DNA of 64,000 bases from an uncultured Candidatus Saccharibacteria bacterium (GTDB lineage: Bacteria; Patescibacteriota; Doudnabacteria; UBA920). A program made the translations under genes and the position numbers. Below, piece by piece: positions 38,272-45,941 of the stretch; the first letter of the stretch is position 1, and each line of letters begins with the position of its first letter. The stretch covers positions 18,566 through 82,565 of the forward strand of contig CAZBAS010000002.1 of NCBI GenBank assembly GCA_964490395.1. The letters run 5' to 3'. Under the pieces are notes generated by a model, which was not told the origin of the DNA, did not search any database, and was given only the letters and a program-made list of their open reading frames with translations.

Positions 38272-38934
38272 CTATAATAACTTCTTTTGTTTAAAAAATC
38301 GAAGAAGTCTTTCTTTATCCTGAACGTCTAATCTTATAATTTCCATTACAGTGACGAAGTGTGCTACATGATACTGGATAGCAATGTGCCCCAACTCTTT
38401 TCTGGGATCGAACGGATGGATCCATAATGTACGTTGCAAAGAATAGAATTGCAATTCACGCAGTTTGGCTCGAAGCATATCTGCGCCAGCTCGATATTCC
38501 CTCGTAGGTATGTCTGCAGCCACCAACCACCAGGTGCCAGCCCAATGCGCGGGTTTAGTAATTTGATAAATTCCCTTGTTCAAATCGCGGAGACGACCTT
38601 GCCCCTTCTCGGTCAAACGTGCAAGTAACTTGCCTCCTTTTTCTTCAATAATAATTTGTCCTGACTGTTTTAAGTAATATACCGCCCTTACTAACTTTTG
38701 TGCCTGCTCTGAATGTCGTAACGGTCTCTTGTATCTACGTCGCAAAAAAGGCGCTAAAACCTTAAGTGTATTCGGAGCTGTTAACAGCATCCCCACAGCA
38801 CCCGCCATTCCTGCAATGATCAAAACATTCATTGCCACAGTTTTAACGCGCTCAGAAGTAAGCAGGGCCTCAAGATTTTGCAGTGAATCTCCGGGGGCTT
38901 TTCGCACCTGCTTTGTTATAGGCATCCGAACCAT
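38272..38934 (-). CDS. PaaX-family-like winged-helix transcriptional regulator (short form, 220 aa), paralog 1.
   Basis: wHTH region (VRAVYYLKQSGQIIIEEKGGKLLARLTEKGQ) and a PaaX-type central domain (WAGTWWLVAADIPTRE...LRELQFYSLQRTLWIHPF; compare E. coli PaaX WDGKWLLLLSEGLD...GFGALAPSL, from memory). Similar to 44770..45294. Confidence 0.5.
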   Translation of the reverse strand: MVRMPITKQVRKAPGDSLQNLEALLTSERVKTVAMNVLIIAGMAGAVGMLLTAPNTLKVLAPFLRRRYKRPLRHSEQAQKLVRAVYYLKQSGQIIIEEKGGKLLARLTEKGQGRLRDLNKGIYQITKPAHWAGTWWLVAADIPTREYRAGADMLRAKLRELQFYSLQRTLWIHPFDPRKELGHIAIQYHVAHFVTVMEIIRLDVQDKERLLRFFKQKKLL

Positions 38935-38965
38935 AAGACGTTATCTTTTTATATTGTTGCTCAAT

Positions 38966-39001
38966 TTACGATTCCACTCACATTTGTGAGTGGAATCGTA
39001 A
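38966..39001. promoter_or_regulatory. 36-nt perfect palindrome 32 nt upstream of the PaaX-like start codon.
   Basis: TTACGATTCCACTCACA-TT-TGTGAGTGGAATCGTAA. It differs from 38230..38271 only by compensatory changes in both arms (G>A, T>C). Confidence 0.7.
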
Positions 39002-39059
39002 TAATTGTAAATTAGCGTGGTGAGACTTTTACCCACAGATACATGTGCCGATTTTCGAA

Positions 39060-39548
39060 TTATCGTGTAAGGGCAAGGATACTGTTACCAATTATAGGCT
39101 CGGCCGTAGGAGCAAACACCGTAATGCGGCCATTGGCGTCTTGGAATAGACGGTAGCCGGTGGTATAGGTGGTGCCGTTCCAACTCGTTCCGTTGCTCGG
39201 GTCTACTGGTAGTTCAGAAATGTATGACGGTACCAAACACGAACGCAGGTCTAGCTCGCCGGTGCCGTTACCAATAATACTTCCCGCTGTCCCGGTAGCC
39301 ACTGTGCCGGTTGGAAAGGTAATCCCAGCACAATTAAACTGCCCTTTATTCTCTGCTATGCGCTGGCCTACACTATTGAGCAGTGCGTTCAAATCGCTCG
39401 ACCGCTGCGTATTGCGCATATTTGCAAATTGCCGCGCCGGGTTAACAGCTATAAGTACTATCGCGGCAAGCGCCGCAAGCAAACCTATAGAGACCAAAAT
39501 TTCAATGAGCGTAAAACCATTTTGAGTAGAAACGTGAGAACTTTGCAT
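39060..39548 (-). CDS. Type IV major pilin (prepilin with N-terminal cleavage/methylation domain).
   Basis: Leader plus QNGFTLIEILVSIGLLAALAAIVLIA (class III signal with G-F-T-L-I-E) followed by a variable C-terminal domain containing Cys; 162 aa. Confidence 0.75.
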   Translation of the reverse strand: MQSSHVSTQNGFTLIEILVSIGLLAALAAIVLIAVNPARQFANMRNTQRSSDLNALLNSVGQRIAENKGQFNCAGITFPTGTVATGTAGSIIGNGTGELDLRSCLVPSYISELPVDPSNGTSWNGTTYTTGYRLFQDANGRITVFAPTAEPIIGNSILALTR

Positions 39549-39578
39549 ATACTTCGTTTTTTAATTTTAATTAGTTTT

Positions 39579-39616
39579 ATGTTCGCAATTTAAGCGGCCG
39601 CTTAAATTGCGAACAT
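39579..39616. promoter_or_regulatory. 38-nt perfect palindrome in the pilin promoter region.
   Basis: ATGTTCGCAATTTAAGC-GGCCGC-TTAAATTGCGAACAT, 31 nt upstream of the pilin ATG. It has the same GCGGCCGC centre as the palindrome at 45308..45349. Confidence 0.7.
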
Positions 39617-39644
39617 GAGGATGCGTTACGGGAAGATTCTGTAT

Positions 39645-40079
39645 TTAGGGAGGTTCTGACTCCATGGTTACGGTAAAATTTGCTTGATCCAAGTTCGCGA
39701 GAAGATTTGTCTCCGCGCCTACCACCGCAGCATGAGTGCGAACTTCCCACGTGCCGCCTGTATTTTGCACACTTACTATGTCGCATGAATTATCTTCTAC
39801 CGCTATCGAGCGTGCACTTGGGTACACAGAAGCTTTCAACTGTAGGACAGCCAGACGAACACAACTATCGGCAAGAGTATAGCTTTGTTCTTTTGCCCAG
39901 GCCTGCAGCGAGCTTTGTCCGCTATTCCACACAACGAGCGCATGGCTGGATATAAGCATGCTCACTATGGCCGACATAAGTATTACACAGATGAGTGCAA
40001 TATACCCTTCGTCAAAGTGAGTGCTATTTGGCTTAAGGGAAAAAGATGTGCCTATGTATATTTTCATTATCAACTCCAA
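39645..40079 (-). CDS. Putative minor pilin/pilus assembly protein (PilX-like N-terminal hydrophobic segment).
   Basis: N-terminal hydrophobic helix (YIALICVILMSAIVSMLISSHALVVW) in the pilus gene cluster. The prepilin motif is degenerate. Confidence 0.35.
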   Translation of the reverse strand: MELIMKIYIGTSFSLKPNSTHFDEGYIALICVILMSAIVSMLISSHALVVWNSGQSSLQAWAKEQSYTLADSCVRLAVLQLKASVYPSARSIAVEDNSCDIVSVQNTGGTWEVRTHAAVVGAETNLLANLDQANFTVTMESEPP

Positions 40080-40500
40080 TAGTAACTATTAATTCTCTAT
40101 TCGGTTCACTGTACGTAAACGCTGGCATTCCTTGCGTTAACTGAGTTAGGTGTGTGGGAAGCAAGTCTACCGCACCACTGCCTGCATACGAAAGGGTCAG
40201 CATAGTATGCTCTATGCGAATATTCACCGGAGAGCCAATTCCTATATGCACATTTGTAAATACAACGCCGTCAGGAGTGGTTACAATAGACTGTGCCCCC
40301 GTGCCGAGCCAGCGTAATTTTGCTATTACAAAATCCACATCCTCTTGCGTACGAATATCTGCGCTCGTCTTATCCATGTTTCCCATAAGGCCAAATAGTG
40401 CTGCCCACGAGCCCACACACAGAACCGACAACAGTCCAACATATACAATTATTTCTAGGAGCGTAAACCCGGTCGCACAGGGAGACCTCTTATGAATCAT
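40033..40500 (-). CDS. Type IV pilus pseudopilin (minor pilin).
   Basis: ATGFTLLEIIVYVGLLSVL prepilin N-terminal methylation motif; 155 aa. Confidence 0.65.
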   Translation of the reverse strand: MIHKRSPCATGFTLLEIIVYVGLLSVLCVGSWAALFGLMGNMDKTSADIRTQEDVDFVIAKLRWLGTGAQSIVTTPDGVVFTNVHIGIGSPVNIRIEHTMLTLSYAGSGAVDLLPTHLTQLTQGMPAFTYSEPNRELIVTIGVDNENIHRHIFFP

Positions 40501-40510
40501 GGATATATAC

Positions 40511-41932
40511 TTAGTTACTTATCAAAGATATGCCGCTGCCATGGGGCGCAAAAACCACATTGTCCTGATAGTCCACTCTTCCGCTATTTGCAATGATGTT
40601 TGACGTACTACACGAGGTAACAGTAGCTATTTCCGTAACCGAACATACCAAAAGTGGCGCAGTAGTATCGGAAGTAGTCATAATGAGTGTGGCGTTACTA
40701 ACTACAAAACCATTTACTACACTGCCAGACTTAAGCTTTGCGTTATACGAAGAGAGAAACACTGGGTGCTGGGGGTCAGTTACGGACAACGCAATCACTG
40801 TAGGCTCCCCTGTTACTTGCTGTCTTGCAATCCACATAATGTTTCCCGCGGCAAATAGCGCGGTTGCGCTACCACTCCCCTGGGCGTCGAACAAAGAAAA
40901 ATCTGTAATGTGTGTTGCATCGGTAACATTCAACACTTGCAGTTCTGAATTGTTTGCCGAAGATGCAATGTACGCCAGAAGCTTTAGACTGCCGCCCACA
41001 ACCTCTTCCCGCACAACTATGGTACGTACGCTATGGTTTACGGCCCTACTACCTAAAAAAACTGGGCTCAAAGGATTGCTTACATCAAATATATAAAACT
41101 CTGAGCCAGCAGTTTCATACGTGCCAATATAGGCGCGGTTTCGAAATACAAAAATACTTCTCCCTTCCGGAAAGGAGCCAGATGCGCTCGGCAAACTGCG
41201 TGAAGCAACCAGCACTGGATGGGCCGGAGTGGATACATCAACAACTTGAAATTGTAATGTACTACTATTCTGGACTGCATACGCATAGGACCCGGCAACA
41301 TCAACTGCAAATAAACCACTGCCTGTATGTAAACTAGAGAGTACCTGCAAAGAAGATGGAATGGTTGTGTCAATGACAAATAAATCTGCGTCCGCAGCTT
41401 GAGAACTTGTCCCCACCGCAACTGCCAGTCGTGCGGAATTTCTTTCCACCACATCAACACCATGTATTTGAAGTCTCGTGGGACCGAGTGGAACTGTGCC
41501 CACAATGTGTGCGCTACTCCAGCCTCCTACCAACCCCACCACTGGACAATCGTAGCCGCTCTCCTCCACCGACTGCGTACTCGTTACTGTAGTTGCTATC
41601 TCGGCAGAAGCAGGATGCGGCATGCTCCAGCCCACACGGGATACCGCTGTAGCCGTGCATAACGTGGACACATGGAGTGCCCTCTCCATGGTAAATGGCG
41701 CATGTGCCAATACCGCTGGCGGAACCCCTTGGAGCGGACCAGTATACGCGCGAACCCGCGCTGCATCACCGCTCAATATATCTCGTGCTTCAGTAGCCAA
41801 ATGTCTCGCCGCCACTGCATCTTGCAAACCAAACACCATTCGCGCAGATGCCGCAAGCACTGTTGCCATAACAGCTAAGGCCACCAGAAATTCAATGCTT
41901 AAACTACCATATTGTGACCCCATGTGTTTCAC
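40511..41932 (-). CDS. Large pseudopilin-like protein (473 aa) with a beta-rich C-terminal domain; candidate pilus tip/adhesin subunit.
   Basis: N-terminal GSLSIEFLVALAVMATVLAA (G...E at +5) prepilin-like helix followed by a long Ser/Thr/Val-rich domain. Confidence 0.45.
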   Translation of the reverse strand: MKHMGSQYGSLSIEFLVALAVMATVLAASARMVFGLQDAVAARHLATEARDILSGDAARVRAYTGPLQGVPPAVLAHAPFTMERALHVSTLCTATAVSRVGWSMPHPASAEIATTVTSTQSVEESGYDCPVVGLVGGWSSAHIVGTVPLGPTRLQIHGVDVVERNSARLAVAVGTSSQAADADLFVIDTTIPSSLQVLSSLHTGSGLFAVDVAGSYAYAVQNSSTLQFQVVDVSTPAHPVLVASRSLPSASGSFPEGRSIFVFRNRAYIGTYETAGSEFYIFDVSNPLSPVFLGSRAVNHSVRTIVVREEVVGGSLKLLAYIASSANNSELQVLNVTDATHITDFSLFDAQGSGSATALFAAGNIMWIARQQVTGEPTVIALSVTDPQHPVFLSSYNAKLKSGSVVNGFVVSNATLIMTTSDTTAPLLVCSVTEIATVTSCSTSNIIANSGRVDYQDNVVFAPHGSGISLISN

Positions 41933-42384
41933 TATTCTATTGCTCCTTCAGAATTTATATGAATGGATGTAGTGTGGCCATTGCTTTCCATAGTAACGGT
42001 TGTATCGGTGCTCCGAGCAGACAAGGGCGCAAATATCACCACTAGAGGCTCTGGCACATGGTTAACGGTACCGGAGAGCGTTGTTGTTTCATTTGTTGGT
42101 AACCCTTCTGTAAAAGTTTCTCCTTGGAAGAGTACATATTTTGTATCATCTATGTACACGCCATACCCGCCCTGACCAATGTGCGCGTACGCACGGCTCC
42201 GTGCCGCAAGCAGAAGTTCTGTAAGCATGTCTCGCTGCGAAATCAAACCCTCAGTGCGCACATAGCCTATGCCCATGGGTACGGTAGCAGCAAGAAGCAC
42301 CGCCAAGAGCCCTATGGCCAATAATATTTCTGCATAGGTAAAGCCCTGTGTTTTTTCAAAAATGAATCGCCTGCGTAATCCCAT
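41932..42384 (-). CDS. Type IV pilus pseudopilin (GspH/FimT-like).
   Basis: Leader MGLRRRFIFEKTQG followed by FTYAEILLAIGLLAVLLAATV. The ORF track start at 42414 is also possible. Confidence 0.6.
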   Translation of the reverse strand: MGLRRRFIFEKTQGFTYAEILLAIGLLAVLLAATVPMGIGYVRTEGLISQRDMLTELLLAARSRAYAHIGQGGYGVYIDDTKYVLFQGETFTEGLPTNETTTLSGTVNHVPEPLVVIFAPLSARSTDTTVTMESNGHTTSIHINSEGAIE

Positions 42385-43441
42385 ATATAGGTGTGATAAT
42401 GGCAATGGCAACAAAGCCCACTACAAGCCCCACCACCAGCAACAATGCAGGCTCAAACAGCACGGTTACTTTTTTGGTCAATTCTTCTGTTTCTTCTTGC
42501 AGCATAAGAGCGCAGTACGCAAGACTTTCTGTGAGCGTGCCCGCCTGTTCTCCTACCTGAAGTAATTGGGTTACGTGCAAAGGAAATAAAGCCGGATACC
42601 ATTGCAAGCTTGCGGCCAGCGACGCACCATCAAGTACCCGTTCATGCACCTTACTCAGTGCAGTACGATATACCATATGCTGCATGCTCTGCGCAGTCTT
42701 CTCTAAGGCGCGAGCGAGCGGTACTTCTGCCTTGAGTAAAACCGCCAAAGTTCGGCATATGTGCCAATTCTGATATTGGACAAGATACGACCGAATAATG
42801 GGTACTCGCAAAATAGCGCGATACCACAGAGTACGGGTTTTTTGAGCATGGGCTACCATATACACAGCTACCAAAGCCAAACCCAAGCAGAGCAGAAGTG
42901 CTATGAAATCTTTAGTCACCGTTGTGTATATACCAAGCAAGATGCGTGTTGTGAGTGGTAGCTTAAAATGAAGACTACTAAATATGGGCATTAGTTTTGG
43001 AAACACATAGAGGAGAAGAAGCAGTGCCACGGCGCACGCAATCACGAACACAAAGAGCGGGTAGACTAAGGCAGACCATATTTTTCTTCGCATTGTTTGC
43101 TGCTGGCCCAACTGTTCTGTTACATATCGTAAATGTTCAGGAAGCATGCCAGTTTGCTCCCCCACCTCTATAAGATGGAGTGTGAGAGGACTCACGACGT
43201 TTCCACAATCTGCGAGCCCTGCAGCAAGACTTCTACCACTACTCACCGCCCCCACCAAACTACCTATCACTTCCGCAACACCACCCTTGGCCTGCACCGA
43301 AAGTAAACGCAAAGATTCGAGCAAGGGCACTCCAGCAGTGACGAGTGTTGAAAGTCTTTTTATGAGTAAGAGTTGCTCTGTAACGGAAATGCGCATGGAA
43401 AACACCTCATTGCTTAATAATGTTTCAATCGGACAGTACAC
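42356..43441 (-). CDS. pilC: Type IV pilus/T2SS inner-membrane platform protein PilC (GspF family).
   Basis: Two GspF repeats with 3 TM segments; conserved ...LLESL..., ...GE..G.L and L...L motifs; 361 aa. Confidence 0.85.
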   Translation of the reverse strand: MYCPIETLLSNEVFSMRISVTEQLLLIKRLSTLVTAGVPLLESLRLLSVQAKGGVAEVIGSLVGAVSSGRSLAAGLADCGNVVSPLTLHLIEVGEQTGMLPEHLRYVTEQLGQQQTMRRKIWSALVYPLFVFVIACAVALLLLLYVFPKLMPIFSSLHFKLPLTTRILLGIYTTVTKDFIALLLCLGLALVAVYMVAHAQKTRTLWYRAILRVPIIRSYLVQYQNWHICRTLAVLLKAEVPLARALEKTAQSMQHMVYRTALSKVHERVLDGASLAASLQWYPALFPLHVTQLLQVGEQAGTLTESLAYCALMLQEETEELTKKVTVLFEPALLLVVGLVVGFVAIAIITPIYGITQAIHF

Positions 43442-44624
43442 GTATTATTTCCTCAGGGGTAGTAATTTGCGCACACATCTTTTCTGCTCCGTCTATTGCC
43501 ATGGCTCGCATACCCTCTCCTATAGCCTGACGAGTAATTTCAGAGGCAGGCACTCTCCGAAGAATGAGCCCTCGAATACTAGGCGTAACATGTAAAATTT
43601 CAAAAAGCGCCACCCTCCCTTTGTAGCCGCTACCCCGACACTCTACGCAGCCAACTGCTTTAACCCCTGTAACAACTTCTTTTTCCGGTATACACGACCG
43701 TACAATGGGTGGTAAATCACGGACTGCATACGAACAAAGTTCTTTGCACGCACTACACACGGTACGAACTAGTCGCTGGGCAATAATTACGCTCACGGTA
43801 GAACTCACGAGATATGGCTCAACCCCCAGATCGAGCAAACGCAACAAAGTAGTTGCGGCATCGTTGGTATGAATGGTCGAAAGTAGTAAGTGTCCGGTTA
43901 GCGCTGTGTTAGTGGAAAGACGAGCAGTTTCGCCATCGCGAATTTCCCCCACCATAATAATGTTAGGATCTTGTCTTAAAATACTCCGCAGACCAGTGGT
44001 AAACGTAAGGTTTGTTCGAGGGTTCACTTGAATCTGGCAAGTCCCAGCAATGGCATACTCTATTGGATCCTCAACTGTAATAACGGACACAGTGGCACGG
44101 TGCACCAGTTGCAACAGCGCATATAGTGTTGTGGTCTTACCGCTCCCCGTTGGTCCACTAGCCAAGATCATGCCATGGGGTTTATGCAGCACCAGTTCCA
44201 AGCGAAGTCTATCTGCCTCACTCATCCCAAGAGCCGTGAGCGTCTTAAATCCAAACTCTTGGCTGAGCAGTCTTAACACGGCTCGTTCACCATAATACGT
44301 AGGACTTATGGCAACACGTACATCAACAGGATGATGTGCAATAGAAATGCGAAAGCGGCCATCTTGGGCCGCTTGGTGTTCGTCTGTGCGTAGTTCAGAC
44401 AATACTTTTATTTTGCTAATGAGGGCAGGAAGGTGATGCACGGTCATGTGTACGACATCTTCCAACTCACCATCTATGCGGAACCGGATGCGAACGTCAT
44501 CAGCAGTAGGATCCACATGCACATCTGAGGCACGCATACTCATGGCCTGGTGCAATAGCGCATCAATGCCTTCTGTGACAGAGAAGTTTTGTGTATCTTC
44601 AAAAATTTCTTGCAATGACTTCAT
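43425..44624 (-). CDS. pilB: Type IV pilus assembly ATPase PilB (GspE family), short form (399 aa) lacking the long N-terminal domains of typical PilB/GspE.
   Basis: Walker A GPTGSGKTTT, Asp box, His box and tetracysteine motif (CSACKELC...CVECRGSGYKGR); overlaps pilC by 17 nt. Confidence 0.85.
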   Translation of the reverse strand: MKSLQEIFEDTQNFSVTEGIDALLHQAMSMRASDVHVDPTADDVRIRFRIDGELEDVVHMTVHHLPALISKIKVLSELRTDEHQAAQDGRFRISIAHHPVDVRVAISPTYYGERAVLRLLSQEFGFKTLTALGMSEADRLRLELVLHKPHGMILASGPTGSGKTTTLYALLQLVHRATVSVITVEDPIEYAIAGTCQIQVNPRTNLTFTTGLRSILRQDPNIIMVGEIRDGETARLSTNTALTGHLLLSTIHTNDAATTLLRLLDLGVEPYLVSSTVSVIIAQRLVRTVCSACKELCSYAVRDLPPIVRSCIPEKEVVTGVKAVGCVECRGSGYKGRVALFEILHVTPSIRGLILRRVPASEITRQAIGEGMRAMAIDGAEKMCAQITTPEEIIRVLSD

Positions 44625-44731
44625 AACATAGCACTTGGGCGCTCAAACTTTTCCTCACAATATCAAGCAGATGAAGAAAAAACAAAAAAGTTATCCACTT
44701 TTCTAGCGACCAAACACCTACGCTCAAACGA

Positions 44732-44771
44732 AAATACAACGTTTTTCGTGGCCACGAAAAACGTTGTATTT
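44732..44771. promoter_or_regulatory. 40-nt perfect palindrome overlapping the stop codon of the PaaX-like paralog 2.
   Basis: AAATACAACGTTTTTCGTGG|CCACGAAAAACGTTGTATTT. Confidence 0.7.
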
Positions 44772-45294
44772 AGAGATCAAAACGGTGGCGCAAATCTGCA
44801 TCATCGTCGAGCCGCTCAACGGTCAAAAGCCTTATGTACTGGAGTAAACCAGAGGTCTTTAGATACTCCATGGCAGCTGCATTAAACGCATACGGACCTA
44901 TATAAACACTAGCTTGTAGTTTTACAAACGATAGTTCACGCAAGTGATAAACCAAAAGCGAACGCAGGTGCGCTGCGGACTCTGGAATATCAAACACGAG
45001 CACCCTCCATTTTTTGTCCCACTGCCCAACTTGCACCACACCAAACGTGGAAAGCAGGATCCTTACTTTTCCTTGTCTGGTTAAAGTTATAAAGCGCTTA
45101 CCATCTTTATCTCGCCAGCGAATATAGCCTTTTTGGTATAAATAGTACACAGTCCGCTTTAGGTGCCCACTCGTAGTAAGCCCTTCGTGATAAACTTGCT
45201 GGATGCTTCTGCCTTTCATTCCAAATACTAAACACCGCGTATCATGCACGGCAGTCAGTATTTTGTGCGCAAGCTGCGCAGTCTCTGCATGCAT
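44770..45294 (-). CDS. PaaX-family-like winged-helix transcriptional regulator (short form, 174 aa), paralog 2.
   Basis: VYYLYQKGYIRWRDKDGKRFITLTRQGK wHTH and WDKKWRVLVFDIPE...LRELSFVKLQASVYIGPY central domain; paralogous to 38272..38934. Confidence 0.5.
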   Translation of the reverse strand: MHAETAQLAHKILTAVHDTRCLVFGMKGRSIQQVYHEGLTTSGHLKRTVYYLYQKGYIRWRDKDGKRFITLTRQGKVRILLSTFGVVQVGQWDKKWRVLVFDIPESAAHLRSLLVYHLRELSFVKLQASVYIGPYAFNAAAMEYLKTSGLLQYIRLLTVERLDDDADLRHRFDL

Positions 45295-45307
45295 ACTAAC
45301 CCTTTCT

Positions 45308-45349
45308 AAAATACCACGTTTTCTGCGGCCGCAGAAAACGTGGTATTTT
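45308..45349. promoter_or_regulatory. 42-nt perfect palindrome 14 nt upstream of the PaaX-like paralog 2 start codon.
   Basis: AAAATACCACGTTTTCTGCGG|CCGCAGAAAACGTGGTATTTT. It is related to 44732..44771 by compensatory substitutions in both arms. Confidence 0.7.
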
Positions 45350-45350
45350 G

Positions 45351-45941
45351 TTACTGTCCTAAAATCTTATTTTTCAGCTCAGACATTTTGGCGGGGTCGA
45401 GTTTTGCCTCGAGGAACTGGCACCTGAGTTCGCGGTCGTAGAAGTTTGGGGCGGAGACTATTTCTACCAATTCATCAAATGTAACTTCCGCGGTTTCTAC
45501 TCGTTCGTCTGCCTGCTGGACCCAGTTCTCTCTCCTCTGCGCATTACGAGCAACGAATGCGTATATGACCCATTCGAGTTTTGGGTGCATATGCCATGCA
45601 TCCAGCAAACTCCAGCCGTCCGATACATACCCTGTCTCTTCTAATAGTTCCCTCTTTGCTGCCTCCAGCGCATCTTCACCCTCGTCTACCCTACCACCCG
45701 GCGGGGTTATATATACTTCCGTACCCGGTTGCTGCTCACGCGAGATGAGAATAGTTTTTTGTGGAGTAACCGCAAATATATGTACTGTGTCTGGCCGTTT
45801 TATTTTTTCAAACGTCCGCGTCTTACCATCGAACCCTTCTTGCTGCCACTGATACACATCGAAAATCTGCCCCTTAAACACGAGCTCCGCGCTATCTGGC
45901 ATAGGTTGTTTTGATTGTGGTCTATCCATATGCTTTACCAA
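45351..45941 (-). CDS. NUDIX hydrolase.
   Basis: Nudix box GGRVDEGEDALEAAKRELLEETG; 196 aa. Confidence 0.7.
   Translation of the reverse strand: MVKHMDRPQSKQPMPDSAELVFKGQIFDVYQWQQEGFDGKTRTFEKIKRPDTVHIFAVTPQKTILISREQQPGTEVYITPPGGRVDEGEDALEAAKRELLEETGYVSDGWSLLDAWHMHPKLEWVIYAFVARNAQRRENWVQQADERVETAEVTFDELVEIVSAPNFYDRELRCQFLEAKLDPAKMSELKNKILGQ

Noticed and set aside
38272-38934. Possibility that the palindrome-flanked PaaX-like gene is an IS200/IS605-type TnpA transposase.
   Set aside because: No HUH (His-hydrophobic-His) motif and no conserved catalytic Tyr context; the protein has a clear winged-helix plus PaaX-like central domain. A mobile-cassette idea is kept only as an alternative hypothesis in the findings.
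44640-44730. Possible replication origin: one DnaA-box-like AGTTATCCAC between pilB and PaaX-like paralog 2.
   Set aside because: A single 8/9 match with no cluster of boxes, no adjacent dnaA/dnaN, and an AT-rich DNA-unwinding element is not evident.
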